A DNA stretch of 63,577 nucleotides, the filler included, from Trichomonas gallinae (Eukaryota), in the NCBI GenBank assembly GCA_008369845.1. It is 6 parts of 6 records of this genome, joined end to end, with 100 filler letters (N's around TTAATTAATTAA, not from the genome) between each part and the next. Parts side by side here need not be neighbours in the genome. Positions count along the whole stretch, not along the records: positions 23,278 to 44,381 come from MRSU01001375.1; 5 more parts are not named here. The stretch is one strand, 5' to 3'. Both the position numbers and the translations under genes were made by a program. Shown here piece by piece: positions 23,278 through 34,189 of this stretch. Under the pieces are notes generated by a model. The model saw only the letters and a list, made by a program, of their open reading frames with translations, searched no databases and was not told the DNA's origin. Within the stretch, counting starts at the first letter, position 1; every line of letters begins with the position of its first letter.

Positions 23278-23947
23278 AATGTAATTTATCGATAACAACT
23301 TTTTTACAAGTTAATACAAATAATGTACACGATTTTCTGCAATATATTGCTCTTAAAGAAATTAAGAATGCCGCAAATATGATACGATATTCTTAGTATT
23401 TGCGTCAATGTACCACTAACCGTAAATATTCATATATTCTTATAAAGATTATATTTCATACATTAAATATGACTTCTGATGAAAAAAAATAATTATTTCA
23501 AATTATCTCCAAAACAAACGTACTGCGAGGAAAGTCGCCGTTAGAGATCATATTCCCCTATTCCATATGTATCCAACAGGTATGGTTTCGAGTCGATCTG
23601 AAAAGGCGGAGGGAGTTCCCCCCCTTTTCTCCTAAAACGACTACAATCTGCATAAAATGAATGCAGAATAATACTTGAAGGTTATCGCTACTAATAATTT
23701 TATCAGATCAAATTTCGACGTTAATTTTTAGATTTTGGCACATTTCCTTATTCCCATTAAATTTTTGCAATAAAAACAAATTTCTCTGACCAAAACTAAA
23801 AACCCTTCATATTTTAAATTTTACATATCAAATTTTGTTTTTTACATGACAATTCTTTCACAAAACACTCATTAGTTACATGTCAAATGATAATATTACA
23901 TGTCAAAATTATATGAAAAGTGGAGTACGATATCGTGAAGAAAAGTG

Positions 23948-26572
23948 ATGCAAGGATGGATGCGATATCACTTCTTCGAATCGAAAACAAATGATATTCA
24001 GAACTGTGACTTCAGCGCATACAACTGTGCGTGCTCATTTCACGGGAATTTAGTGTTTGGCGATGATTCCGGATATTTAACTTTCTTAAATAACCCGACA
24101 AGTGACTTAAATCCAATCCAATTCTTCGATCTACCTATCAAAAAGATCATTTCACCTAGTGAAATTCCTGCATTACTTATACTTGCATCAAACACAACAA
24201 ATTCCGTCATTTTGCTTGCTAATCCTGAAATAAACGAAATATACAGTTCATTAGAGTTTAGAGATCAGAAATTCGTTGATCCACACTTTCTTACCATATT
24301 AAATGATTCATCATTTCTCGCATTCACTCCAGACTTTCATACAATTCAGATTTACAAACTCCCTAAGATAGAGTCCAAACACAAGTCAATAACTAAACAT
24401 AAAGAATTCGTTTTAAACCAAAAAATAACAAATCTTCATTTTGCTAAGGATAATGAAGGTACAATTGCACTATATTACACAACAGGCTCATCAGTAGGAA
24501 GCTTTACTATGCAGAAATTGATATTTCAGCAAAATATTTTTGAACAAATTCCGATATCAACTGATTTATCATGTGTTGTCAACAATGGGAGACTTGCAAT
24601 ATGTTCAGGAACGAAAGTTTCATTCTATACACCAAATGGAATTGATATGAAGTTCCCTTCTATAGAATTAGATTCGTCACCTTCAAAAATTGTTTGGTAT
24701 CGCGAATATATTATTGGATTCTTCAATAGTAGATCGGACTCACTACGAATCTATCAATTAGACACTCATTGCGTTTTCGGAGTTTCAAAATTCGGAAATC
24801 AGTCGCAATTCTTACTATTCGAGTGGGGATCGGTAATTTTAACACGTATTCCATCTAAATTGACAATATTGAATGAATTTACAACAGAGCAAAAAGTAAA
24901 TCTTTTGTGTTCTCAGTCAAAGCAGTTCGAAGTCGCCTTAAAACTCTCGAAAATGCACAGAATGTCGGACGAAATAGTCTCAGAGATCCACAGACAGCTC
25001 GGTGACACAAGATATGAAAAAAGAGATTTCGAGGGCGCAGTTTGTGAATATATCGAATCTATAGGATTCTTGGAGCCGTCATATGTCATTAATTTGTTCC
25101 TAGAGCCACAGCACGCTGAGTATCTAGTGAAGTACCTCGAAGCACTACACGACAAAGGCCTGGAAGACAGCAGACACACGACATTGAGGTTCAACTGTTA
25201 CACGAAATTAAGACGAACGAATATGATTGACAAAATCGTCGAACAATGCGTCAGCAACAATAAAGAGCCGAGCTTCGATGTTGACGCTGCTGTAGAAGTT
25301 CTCAAGCAAGGTGGTTATATAGAGCAGGCAACGAAAATCGCTTTGGCGTTTGACAGTCATTTGACATATTGTTCGATCATGGATTCCATAGATAAATATG
25401 ATAAAATATTTGAGCAGATGAAAGTTATGCCTCCGAAAATTCTAAAATACGCGATTGAAACCTATGGAATGAAGATAATGCACGCATTTGACGAAAACCG
25501 AAGAAATATATTCACTGATTACGTCAGCGATGTTTGCATGAAAAATAGTATAAAACCAGATCTAATCAAAAACATTTTCTGCGACTTTCCTAATTATGAA
25601 TTATCATTCATAACTAAAATTGTCAACAACAAAGATTCGATGATGAATGAAAATCTATGGAACAGATTTTTAGTTTTGACATTGATCGAGATACCTTTGT
25701 CAATTCTCGACACAATCAAACTCTGCAGGCACAGATATGATGATGAAGCAGCACTTTTGGCGATAAATCTCAAAAAGTGTGAAACAAAGAATGATAATCA
25801 ACTACAAGAAATTCTCTTAAAATCCTTGTCTATCATTTATGAGCACCAAAAATGTTACAGAGAGATTTTGAACATTTCTAGTGTGAATGATTACGTGAGC
25901 ATATGCAGAAAGTATGAGGATGAAGACCCATTGATATGGACTGAAGCACTACAAAAGGCAATAGAATCTGATTCAGTTGATGGTTGTAGGCAGATGCTTA
26001 GAATTTGTCTAAAAGAAGAAAAAGTTAGATTAAATGAAGCACTGAGAATGATGAAGTCTCCACGATCAATTGCAACACTTGACATGTTCATTGATTTGTC
26101 TGTTGAGCAGTTTTCGAAGCTGACTGATGAGATAAACAGAAAAACAGAAATTCTAGAAAATCTGTCGAATGAAGTTGAAGAAAAATTCAAAAAATCAAAG
26201 AAAATTGAGAACGAAATCGTATCATATAGGAAAGGCATCCACTGCGGCTTTTGCAAGGAGAGGATCACTCTTCCCGCCAAATTCTTCAAGTGTGGCCACG
26301 TCTTCCACATGCACTGCCTCGGCGATGAAACAGACTTCTGCATGAAGTGTAGAGAAGAGAACGAACTGATGGCGATGAAAAAAGTCGATGAGTTAAACGA
26401 GAGAGAGAAGCAGACTCCGATTTTGGAGACAATGTCAATCAGCAATGATGGAATAGGAATCCTAGAGGAGGTTCTCAAGACAGGAATAATGATAAATGAA
26501 CCTTCGCCTGACGAAGAATCTGAAATTAGGAATTTCTTCAAGAGATTTAGCACGCTTGAAGAAGATGAATAA
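23948..26572 (+). CDS. VPS11: Vps11 (HOPS/CORVET subunit)
   Basis: W+F+FF N-terminus, YIESIGFLEPSYVINLFL...YLEALH...HTTL..CYTKL clathrin-repeat motif, and C-terminal RING CGFC..LPAKFFKCGHVFHMHC. Confidence 0.88.
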   Translation: MQGWMRYHFFESKTNDIQNCDFSAYNCACSFHGNLVFGDDSGYLTFLNNPTSDLNPIQFFDLPIKKIISPSEIPALLILASNTTNSVILLANPEINEIYSSLEFRDQKFVDPHFLTILNDSSFLAFTPDFHTIQIYKLPKIESKHKSITKHKEFVLNQKITNLHFAKDNEGTIALYYTTGSSVGSFTMQKLIFQQNIFEQIPISTDLSCVVNNGRLAICSGTKVSFYTPNGIDMKFPSIELDSSPSKIVWYREYIIGFFNSRSDSLRIYQLDTHCVFGVSKFGNQSQFLLFEWGSVILTRIPSKLTILNEFTTEQKVNLLCSQSKQFEVALKLSKMHRMSDEIVSEIHRQLGDTRYEKRDFEGAVCEYIESIGFLEPSYVINLFLEPQHAEYLVKYLEALHDKGLEDSRHTTLRFNCYTKLRRTNMIDKIVEQCVSNNKEPSFDVDAAVEVLKQGGYIEQATKIALAFDSHLTYCSIMDSIDKYDKIFEQMKVMPPKILKYAIETYGMKIMHAFDENRRNIFTDYVSDVCMKNSIKPDLIKNIFCDFPNYELSFITKIVNNKDSMMNENLWNRFLVLTLIEIPLSILDTIKLCRHRYDDEAALLAINLKKCETKNDNQLQEILLKSLSIIYEHQKCYREILNISSVNDYVSICRKYEDEDPLIWTEALQKAIESDSVDGCRQMLRICLKEEKVRLNEALRMMKSPRSIATLDMFIDLSVEQFSKLTDEINRKTEILENLSNEVEEKFKKSKKIENEIVSYRKGIHCGFCKERITLPAKFFKCGHVFHMHCLGDETDFCMKCREENELMAMKKVDELNEREKQTPILETMSISNDGIGILEEVLKTGIMINEPSPDEESEIRNFFKRFSTLEEDE

Positions 26573-26973
26573 ATTTTGTTTATATACTTTTTTATTGACA
26601 TAATTATGTATATTTCTTCTAGTTGATGGATACTTCCTTCAATCAAGAATGTGTGAGTTTAATTTGCACCCAAATACTCCGAATAACTTTTTGCACGCAC
26701 TGTCTTTAGTTATTAGGCAATAACTTCCTGATTTGCAAAAAGTGTCGATGTTTTCAAGCGAATCGAGAGAACGCAAATTGATCTATTGACAATGAAAATT
26801 ATTAAAAAAATATGATCAAATTTAATATTACTCATATAACACTTTTTAATTCTATAAAATGGCTCTTTTAGGTCTAAAATGTTTATACCCAAAGAAATAG
26901 CAAAATAAATAGAAAAAAAAACTCATTCGTTTAAAAAAAATTCTCTATCGTCTAAAAAATTGCCCAAAATCAT

Positions 26974-28671
26974 ATGATTACATACATCGGACAGGAAGGG
27001 CACCTTCTTTACCGCAAACTCATACGCACGAGTATGGGCATGGCCGGCTTCGAGTGCAAGAAGAGCGACCCGCGTGCCGTTCTCGTTTGGTACGACGACT
27101 TACGAAAGAAAGATTTCTACGGGCCGCTAAAGCCGTGGCAGATAGTTAACAGGTTCCCGATGATCAACGTTATATGCAGAAAAGCACCTTTCGTTCGTTT
27201 AATTCAAAGAACTGCGCCAACTTTTCCTACATCTTTCAAATTTTTGCCAAAATCGTTCTTAGTTCCACTTCAAGCGAAGGAATTCGAAGAAGAGGTCCAC
27301 AAAAACAAGCAGAGATGGATTGTTAAGCCAGATCGTGGATCTTTAGGTGCTGGCATTAAAATCATCGAAATTGGCGGAATTATTCCAAAAATCGAAAGAC
27401 TGTGTGTCGCACAGGAATATATCCCGTCTTTTCACATTGATGGCTACAAATTCGATTTTCGTATTTACGCTCTTGTCGCTTCCGTTGATCCACTTCGTGT
27501 ATACGTATACCGCAACGGTGTTGCTAGGTTTTGTTCAAAGAAATCTGGCGAAAAATCTGTATTCGCTGAATTAACAAATAAATCTCTCAATAAGAAGAAT
27601 CCTGACGTCATCATGACACAGATCGTCAAGATGATCGCAGATGTCATGACACGCCTTGAAACAGAAGGCCACGACGTCAACAGACTTTGGTCTCGAATTG
27701 ATCGCGCGATTGTATCGACAATCATCACTTCTACGAGATTCCTCAAGCGAGGAATGGAAAAACAGTGCCCGCGCATCGGCTATCAGCGCTGTTTCCAAAT
27801 TCTCGGATTTGACGTTTTATTAGATGAAGAGCTTAACCCATATATTCTTGAAGTAAACTATCGCCCTTCACTAGAAACGAACGCTGACTACGAGCGCAAG
27901 ATGAAATCTGCAATGCTCGCTGATTGCATGAGAATTATGGCGCCAGCGCAAGAATTGCAGGACTATGTCAGAGACAATTACTCAGATGATCTCGCTGACC
28001 GCTGGGATGAGCTCATTCGCACAGATCCAAAACTCAAAAAAGCAATTGAACTCACAAACAGGAAACACGCTCAAATTGGAAACGTTGGCAACTTCGTCCA
28101 AGCATATCCAACAGCAAACGAGCGTCTCATGAAGAAATGGAACAGAATGATTGAATATGTCGGCAAAATGCCAACAGAACTGCGTTCTCGCTACTTCCTG
28201 CCCGAGATGTTGAAGCGCACCAAGAAGGAACCAACAACAATCGACACATCAATCACAGAACTCGAAGACAGAGAAGCACTCGAAAGGCAGCAAGCTTTGG
28301 ACGAAATTCTGGACAACGAAACGATCGCAGCGGCAGAACAAGAAGACGACGAGACATTCGCGGCGATAGACGAGCAGGAGAGACTGGCGGCTGAAGAAAA
28401 CGACGCAAAGCTCAAACCAAAAAAGTCCAAAAAGTCATCCAGGAAAAATTCCGGCAGAAACTCGAAGAAAACATCTGGCAAGAACTCTAAGAAGAACTCG
28501 AGGAAGCCGTCGCCTGGAGATGAGCCTGTCCGCGTCGAAGTCACCAAAAAGAAGGATGACTTGATCAGAAAGAAGACTCATCCTGCAAAAGAAGTCGTCG
28601 AAGAAGATGTGCACGAAAAACCTCCAAAAAGGCCAGCGAAGAAAGTCGGAAAGAAGACAAAGAAGGATTGA
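26974..28671 (+). CDS. Tubulin-tyrosine ligase-like (polyglutamylase-type) protein
   Basis: WIVKP..GSLGAGI, AQEYI, KFDFRIY, CFQILGFDVLL and LEVNYRPS motifs; Lys-rich tail. Confidence 0.92.
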   Translation: MITYIGQEGHLLYRKLIRTSMGMAGFECKKSDPRAVLVWYDDLRKKDFYGPLKPWQIVNRFPMINVICRKAPFVRLIQRTAPTFPTSFKFLPKSFLVPLQAKEFEEEVHKNKQRWIVKPDRGSLGAGIKIIEIGGIIPKIERLCVAQEYIPSFHIDGYKFDFRIYALVASVDPLRVYVYRNGVARFCSKKSGEKSVFAELTNKSLNKKNPDVIMTQIVKMIADVMTRLETEGHDVNRLWSRIDRAIVSTIITSTRFLKRGMEKQCPRIGYQRCFQILGFDVLLDEELNPYILEVNYRPSLETNADYERKMKSAMLADCMRIMAPAQELQDYVRDNYSDDLADRWDELIRTDPKLKKAIELTNRKHAQIGNVGNFVQAYPTANERLMKKWNRMIEYVGKMPTELRSRYFLPEMLKRTKKEPTTIDTSITELEDREALERQQALDEILDNETIAAAEQEDDETFAAIDEQERLAAEENDAKLKPKKSKKSSRKNSGRNSKKTSGKNSKKNSRKPSPGDEPVRVEVTKKKDDLIRKKTHPAKEVVEEDVHEKPPKRPAKKVGKKTKKD

Positions 28672-29182
28672 AATGTTGATTTTTTTGTTTATTTTTGTGT
28701 CTTGTGGATTTTATAAATATGATTATATTAATTTCGGAAAATTAGTTAATTTTAGACCTTAAGATATTGGGATTTTAGCTTTTCATTGTTTTATTAATTT
28801 ATATTAAAAAAACAACTTCAATTCAGAAAAATTGCAAATGGATTTAAAACATTAGTTTTATTGTTTAAATCTTTATTGTTTGGAACATATTCAATTTCAG
28901 GATCATGTGTTTATTTGTTCTTTCTTGAAATTCATAATAAATAAAATTTTGGAACTTATAAAAACGCGTTGAAATCTGATATTTAACTCAGATGTATGGC
29001 TTGTGTTTGATTGTGGTCAATTTGAAAATGTTTTTTGAAATATTTTCAGATTTGATCAGTAAATATTGATTTCTTTGTGTGTAAGTTGTTCTATTTGGAA
29101 ATTTACCGTGTTTTTTAAAGCTATATTCATTCTATTTTAAAGATAAAATGAAATATTGAATTTCTAAGTAGATCGAAGAAAA

Positions 29183-29755
29183 TTATTTGCTGTGATTAAT
29201 ATCTTTAGACATTTCTCTACGTATAATCTTTCGTATTTCTTTGAGTCTTTTTGCAATTGAAATAAGTTCATTAATTTTTCTATCTCGTTCGAAACCAGAG
29301 AGTTGTTCAATGAGTTTTATGTGCTCCTCACCTTGTGCTAACAATGAATCTAACTCAAATTGAAGCTGAGAGACAGTTGATCCTTCTTGCAACTGAAAAA
29401 GTCGATATCTTGTGAGCATGTTCTTTTCTTTGATGTCTTGTAACTTTTTAAGAACTTTTTGTGCCCACCTTTTTGTCGTGTAGTAGCGCGTACTGCGAGT
29501 TAAATTTGCCGGTGTATTAATTGGATTATCAGAAAATCTAATTTCAACAAATCTATCTCCAGCGAATGCATGCGTCGAATATACAGCTCGTCTCGCTTGT
29601 TGACACGTTTCATAAATAATTGTTGAATGATTCGAATTTCCGAGATATAATGATTGGATATGTCCATATCGCTTAAAGTGAGAATATATAGATCCGAAAT
29701 TGAAGTGTTTTTGTGGAATATTGGACACTTCAATCACATTTGACTCGAACGACAT
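29183..29755 (-). CDS. RRM-domain protein
   Basis: VIEVSNIP...HFKRYGHI...DRFVEIRF (RBM26/27-type RRM); probable ATG at 29755. Confidence 0.7.
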   Translation of the reverse strand: MSFESNVIEVSNIPQKHFNFGSIYSHFKRYGHIQSLYLGNSNHSTIIYETCQQARRAVYSTHAFAGDRFVEIRFSDNPINTPANLTRSTRYYTTKRWAQKVLKKLQDIKEKNMLTRYRLFQLQEGSTVSQLQFELDSLLAQGEEHIKLIEQLSGFERDRKINELISIAKRLKEIRKIIRREMSKDINHSK

Positions 29756-29769
29756 TTTTAAATTTTGAC

Positions 29770-30302
29770 ACATAAATTTGCCATGTAAATTTTTAAGATT
29801 ATTCATTATCCGACAGAAGAAACTATAATTTACGGAAAATCAATGACATATTTTTCAAGATAACATTATCATATTGTTATATATTAAGTATTATAGCATG
29901 TTAATTCATATAAAGTTGACTTTTTTCATTTTGAAACTTGATAATTTTGTCATGTAAATTAATTTTGTAGTTTTGAAATTCTAACAGAATAAACTATGAT
30001 TTGCCGAAAATTAATGACATAGAATTCACGAGAACATTATTATATAGTAATATATTAAGTATCATTATATGTTAATGTATAATAAGTCGACTTTTTTATA
30101 CAAAGATATTTTTGATTTTGACATGTAAAATCATATTTTTTCCATACATTTCTTAGAATGATATTTTTGATATCAATATGTCAATCAAATAGAAAACATT
30201 TTTTTATTGTTATATATGAAGTTTTAGAGTATATTGTCGTAGGAATTGGCGAGTTTTATTGATTTTAAAACAAAATCATGTAAAGTATTTTTGCCATGTA
30301 AA
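29770..30302. repeat. Three degenerate ~170-bp tandem units between divergent genes
   Basis: Each unit starts with TG(C/T/A)CATGTAAA (29779, 29948, 30119, closing copy 30292). Shared blocks include acagaa.aaactat.att, aacatt...tatat.aagt and gacttttt. Confidence 0.85.
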
Positions 30303-30343
30303 TAAATCTACAAAGCAAAAATTTAAAAAAACGATTTTCATTT

Positions 30344-31153
30344 ATGACTGAAAATAATGGATTATTTTATTTAACTAAAAGCGTAACAAGGCAAACTCGT
30401 CCAAATACTGCATCTTCTGTTACTAGGTCAAAGATGATGCAAACAAAATCAAAGAAATTATTCAATATTCAACAAATTAAGGCAACAATTGCAGATTTGG
30501 AAATTAAAAACAAACGATTATCAAATAAAATCACGCACTTACAAGGATCAGTAGTATCTCAAAAACAAAGAACATTGTTATACAATGATTTTGAATTAGA
30601 TCTCGAAGATGATTTGAAATCCCTCGAAAAGAGATACAGAACATTAAATGAAGTCTGGAAAGATGTCAATAAATTTGCTAATCCAACGAAAGATGTGTAT
30701 GATTATATTCCGCAAAATATTGAAAATGAACATTTCTCTGATAGAACGAAACTACGACGTGAAAATGAAGTATTGGCTCAACAGGCATTGTTTAATGAGC
30801 GAAAAATCATGCTTTTAGAAATGAAGCTAAAATTATGCCATGATAGGCGCGATTTGGCTCTTCTCAGATCAAATCTCAACCTTTTCGAAGGAGGAGGCAA
30901 TTCGCTTACAAGCGACAAAGAAATCGAAGAAGCTCTTAAAATTCAAATTGAAAACATAAAAATGCATCAAAACCATGAGAAACGCAGAATAGAGCATGAA
31001 AAGAGCCCAATAATTGCATTACATGACGCTGCAACCGTTATTCAGTCAGTTTGGAGAGGTTATAGATTCCGCATGCAAAATAAAGACCAGATAGAAAAGG
31101 AACATCAAGAACTCAAGACTATAGCATCACAGAAGTCTGTGAATTCGAATTAA
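30344..31153 (+). CDS. Coiled-coil protein with IQ calmodulin-binding motif
   Basis: AATVIQSVWRGYRFR. Confidence 0.85.
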   Translation: MTENNGLFYLTKSVTRQTRPNTASSVTRSKMMQTKSKKLFNIQQIKATIADLEIKNKRLSNKITHLQGSVVSQKQRTLLYNDFELDLEDDLKSLEKRYRTLNEVWKDVNKFANPTKDVYDYIPQNIENEHFSDRTKLRRENEVLAQQALFNERKIMLLEMKLKLCHDRRDLALLRSNLNLFEGGGNSLTSDKEIEEALKIQIENIKMHQNHEKRRIEHEKSPIIALHDAATVIQSVWRGYRFRMQNKDQIEKEHQELKTIASQKSVNSN

Positions 31154-31457
31154 TTTGTTTATTTTTTCCAAATATTATTTTTTTGTTATTAAACTATATT
31201 TATTCAAAGTATTCGTATTTCTACCCCTATGTGATGGAGATGAACAGTTAAATATGGGAAAAAAAGAAAGAAAAAAGAAGAAAATTAAATTTAATCACAA
31301 AATATGCACAAAGTCAACAACTTGTACCATATATGTTGTATAATACAATAAGTTTCTAAACAAATCCAAATAAATTACATAATAATAGCTGTTTCATTGT
31401 TATAATTGTATCGTAATGGCTCCACTAGAAACAGCTAGTCACATATACACAATTACA

Positions 31458-32108
31458 TTACTGGCCAAGTGTTTCCTTCTGCAAGAAATCGCTTGTTGTA
31501 TCCGGCGAGGGCTGGAGGTAGCTTTCTGCGTTTCCTTGCTCTTGCAATTTCTTGATGAGGTGGAAGTACTTGAATCTGCACTGGACGTCAGTGCGATCTC
31601 CGAGTTGTTGTGCAACGCGTGTCCAAGACTTTGTGCCAATGACTTGAACAGCCTTGAGAAGCTTTTCTTCCTCTTCTGGTGTCCAGTTTGCCTTGTTAAT
31701 GGCGGGGTTAAGGACACGATTCCAACGCTGGCTGCACTGGGCGCGTGTTCTGCCGTTTCCGACGATGTTAGCGACTGTGCCCCAGTCGTTTGGACCGTGT
31801 TCTTGGACACCCTGCTTCAAGCGCTCATCTTCTTCGGTAGTCCATTGTTGGGACTTGCTTCTTGTGTTCCTCTTTGGCAATTGGACTGTCTGGTTGGGGT
31901 CCCTGATCTTCTCGAGGTAGGAATCAGGCTTGAGGTACGGTGAGATAGCCTGAATGTACTTCTCGTGGTCAATTTTGTGGCTAAGGAGTTCCTGGAGGAT
32001 GTTCATCACAGCCTGGAGGTTCTCGTCGGTGTCTTCGAGGAGTTCGTTCCTCACCGAACTGATTGTGCTGCTGATATCCTGTGGATCGGTCAAGAGCTCA
32101 GTTGACAT
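31458..32108 (-). CDS. R2R3 Myb-like transcription factor
   Basis: WTTEEDERL...W...RTRAQCSQRW and WTPEEEEKL...RTDVQCR; ATG at 32108. Confidence 0.92.
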   Translation of the reverse strand: MSTELLTDPQDISSTISSVRNELLEDTDENLQAVMNILQELLSHKIDHEKYIQAISPYLKPDSYLEKIRDPNQTVQLPKRNTRSKSQQWTTEEDERLKQGVQEHGPNDWGTVANIVGNGRTRAQCSQRWNRVLNPAINKANWTPEEEEKLLKAVQVIGTKSWTRVAQQLGDRTDVQCRFKYFHLIKKLQEQGNAESYLQPSPDTTSDFLQKETLGQ

Positions 32109-32765
32109 TTTGATTTTTGGCGCCAAACCGCCAAACCGTTTTACATTTGACACTTTTATATTACATGACAAAATAGGCCCCAAATTTTACAATGGTCTTT
32201 TTTCGAAAATAAAAAATATTAATATTTTAATTTCCTTATGGCATTAACTTGTTTTCATCACATTTAATCATTCTGCATTGGTAAAATCACATAACGAACT
32301 TGTTAATGAAAATTTGTCGTAGAAAAAAAAAATCTACAAAAATTTTCTCGATTACATTGTTGAAGCAAATTCTCAAAATTAGACAATAGAAAACTATTTT
32401 TATTATGACCATATAAAAGAGTAGCCTGACTTTTCTTTTATCTCTTAGTTAAATTAAAAATTATCGGTAATTAAAGTTTTTGAGAAAAGATAAATAAGAA
32501 AAATATTAAAAATCAAAATTATCATGATAATTATATTGACAATGTATTATTAATATAAACTGTCGATTTATTTTCATTGTCATAATTAGAAAAAGCGTAA
32601 ATTTTTGAGATTTTTAAAAAATGTTTGGAAAAATACACATTTTTAAGATTACTCTTTTTTGAATTCTCGTCACATTCGAATCTTCATCTTTTGTCCAATG
32701 CTTCCTCTTCATGCATATTTTCTATTTCCGCGATTTGTTTTCCGTTGAAAAAATCAAATTTTTTC

Positions 32766-34079
32766 ATGAAAGCTAAAAATCCGAGTAGAGCTGGTGTTAA
32801 ATTAACAAAACCATCATTACAGCCGACTTCCAGGTGCCAGACGACTAAAACACCACGTAGAAAAGTGTTTGGATTGACACAAGTCGAAAAAACAGCACAA
32901 TTACAACCGGATTACGAAATTAAGCGTGAAATCTTCACACCAACATCTACAAGGAAGAAACAAGAAAATCCACCACCTCCACCAGCAAAAGTTTATATCC
33001 CTGATACTGATATCATGGAGATCCAAGAATTGCTGAAAAGAGTTCCGAAACCAGAGGATGTTTCTGATAATGACTCGTGGATGGTGACACCTGTACTTGA
33101 CAGAATCCTTGGCACTGTTGGTGTTTGGTCTCCAGAAGTCGCAGAACAATTAATTCATCATGAAACAATCGAAGAACTTCAAACAAAGCTTTTTGCCCTT
33201 ATTGAAGTTGACGATTTCCTCATCAGAACTATTATTTGCCGTATCCTTTTATGCTTTGCCAGTGCAAATTCCGAATTACTTTCTCCAATTTCGCGAATCT
33301 TTTACAAACTTAGCTGCGATGATCGCAATTTCAACTTCTTTGTTGATGAAGACCTCACTGGCGTCCTTTTAAGCCTTCTTCAATCACAAGAACAAGAACC
33401 TTCTGTTTATTCGGCAGGATGCATTAAAAACACTACCAAATCACCACAAATGCAGCAGAAATTCGTTGACGCCAACATAATCGACTTTATTATTCCGTTC
33501 TTCGAAATGGACGATGCTGATCCACAAGTTATCTCTCTCCTTTCAATTGCTATTCAAAATCTATGCGAAAACATCAAATTCAGAGAAGAAATCTCAAAAA
33601 CTTCGTTTATTCTTAATCTTACAGAAAAAGATGATATGTTGCCGCTCGCTATGAGTTTCATCTCGAAAATACCACAAATACCATCAGATGTACGCATATC
33701 TGTACTTGAAAAGTTCATAGAAGACCAAGATATTTGGTTTGATGCGACATCTATTATTTGCGGTGTTTTTTCAGGCATCGAAAAGCAGAATGAAGCAGGA
33801 AACTTTGTCATTCAGATGATTACGCCATACGAAACTGATGAAACAGAAGAAGCGGAGAAATGGATAATTCAAGTCAATAAAATCGCGAAGATATGCTCAG
33901 AATCATCACAAAATAACATGAAGCTTTTCGAGGAAAACGGAATTTTTGTTAAATTGCTCAAAAGAATCAGTTCAGATACAAATGTTACAATTACAGCTCT
34001 CGATGTAGTTAGAACCTTCAGTGGTGATAAGAATAAGGCTACTGTCGCTGAATACGAGAAATTATTAGGCATACATTAA
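32766..34079 (+). CDS. Armadillo-type repeat protein (ARMC2-like)
   Basis: RIFYKLSCDDRNFNFF and VYSAGCIKN helical ARM-like repeats; probable ATG at 32766. Confidence 0.65.
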   Translation: MKAKNPSRAGVKLTKPSLQPTSRCQTTKTPRRKVFGLTQVEKTAQLQPDYEIKREIFTPTSTRKKQENPPPPPAKVYIPDTDIMEIQELLKRVPKPEDVSDNDSWMVTPVLDRILGTVGVWSPEVAEQLIHHETIEELQTKLFALIEVDDFLIRTIICRILLCFASANSELLSPISRIFYKLSCDDRNFNFFVDEDLTGVLLSLLQSQEQEPSVYSAGCIKNTTKSPQMQQKFVDANIIDFIIPFFEMDDADPQVISLLSIAIQNLCENIKFREEISKTSFILNLTEKDDMLPLAMSFISKIPQIPSDVRISVLEKFIEDQDIWFDATSIICGVFSGIEKQNEAGNFVIQMITPYETDETEEAEKWIIQVNKIAKICSESSQNNMKLFEENGIFVKLLKRISSDTNVTITALDVVRTFSGDKNKATVAEYEKLLGIH

Positions 34080-34189
34080 TTTTTTTGTTAATAAATAATA
34101 TATGTAAGTTGTATTAAGATCGAATGAAAGAGCCAACATATAATATATTAATAATCAACATAATAAACAAAACATTTACTAAAAATTCA

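Noticed and set aside
23520..23545. HDV-ribozyme-like P3/L3 (ACU-UUCCUCGC-AGU, minus strand) and RNase P CR-I-like GAGGAAAGUC (plus strand)
   Set aside because: I could not find P1, P1.1 and P2 partners for HDV, or P1/P2/P3 for RNase P. Kept only as an unassigned structured island.
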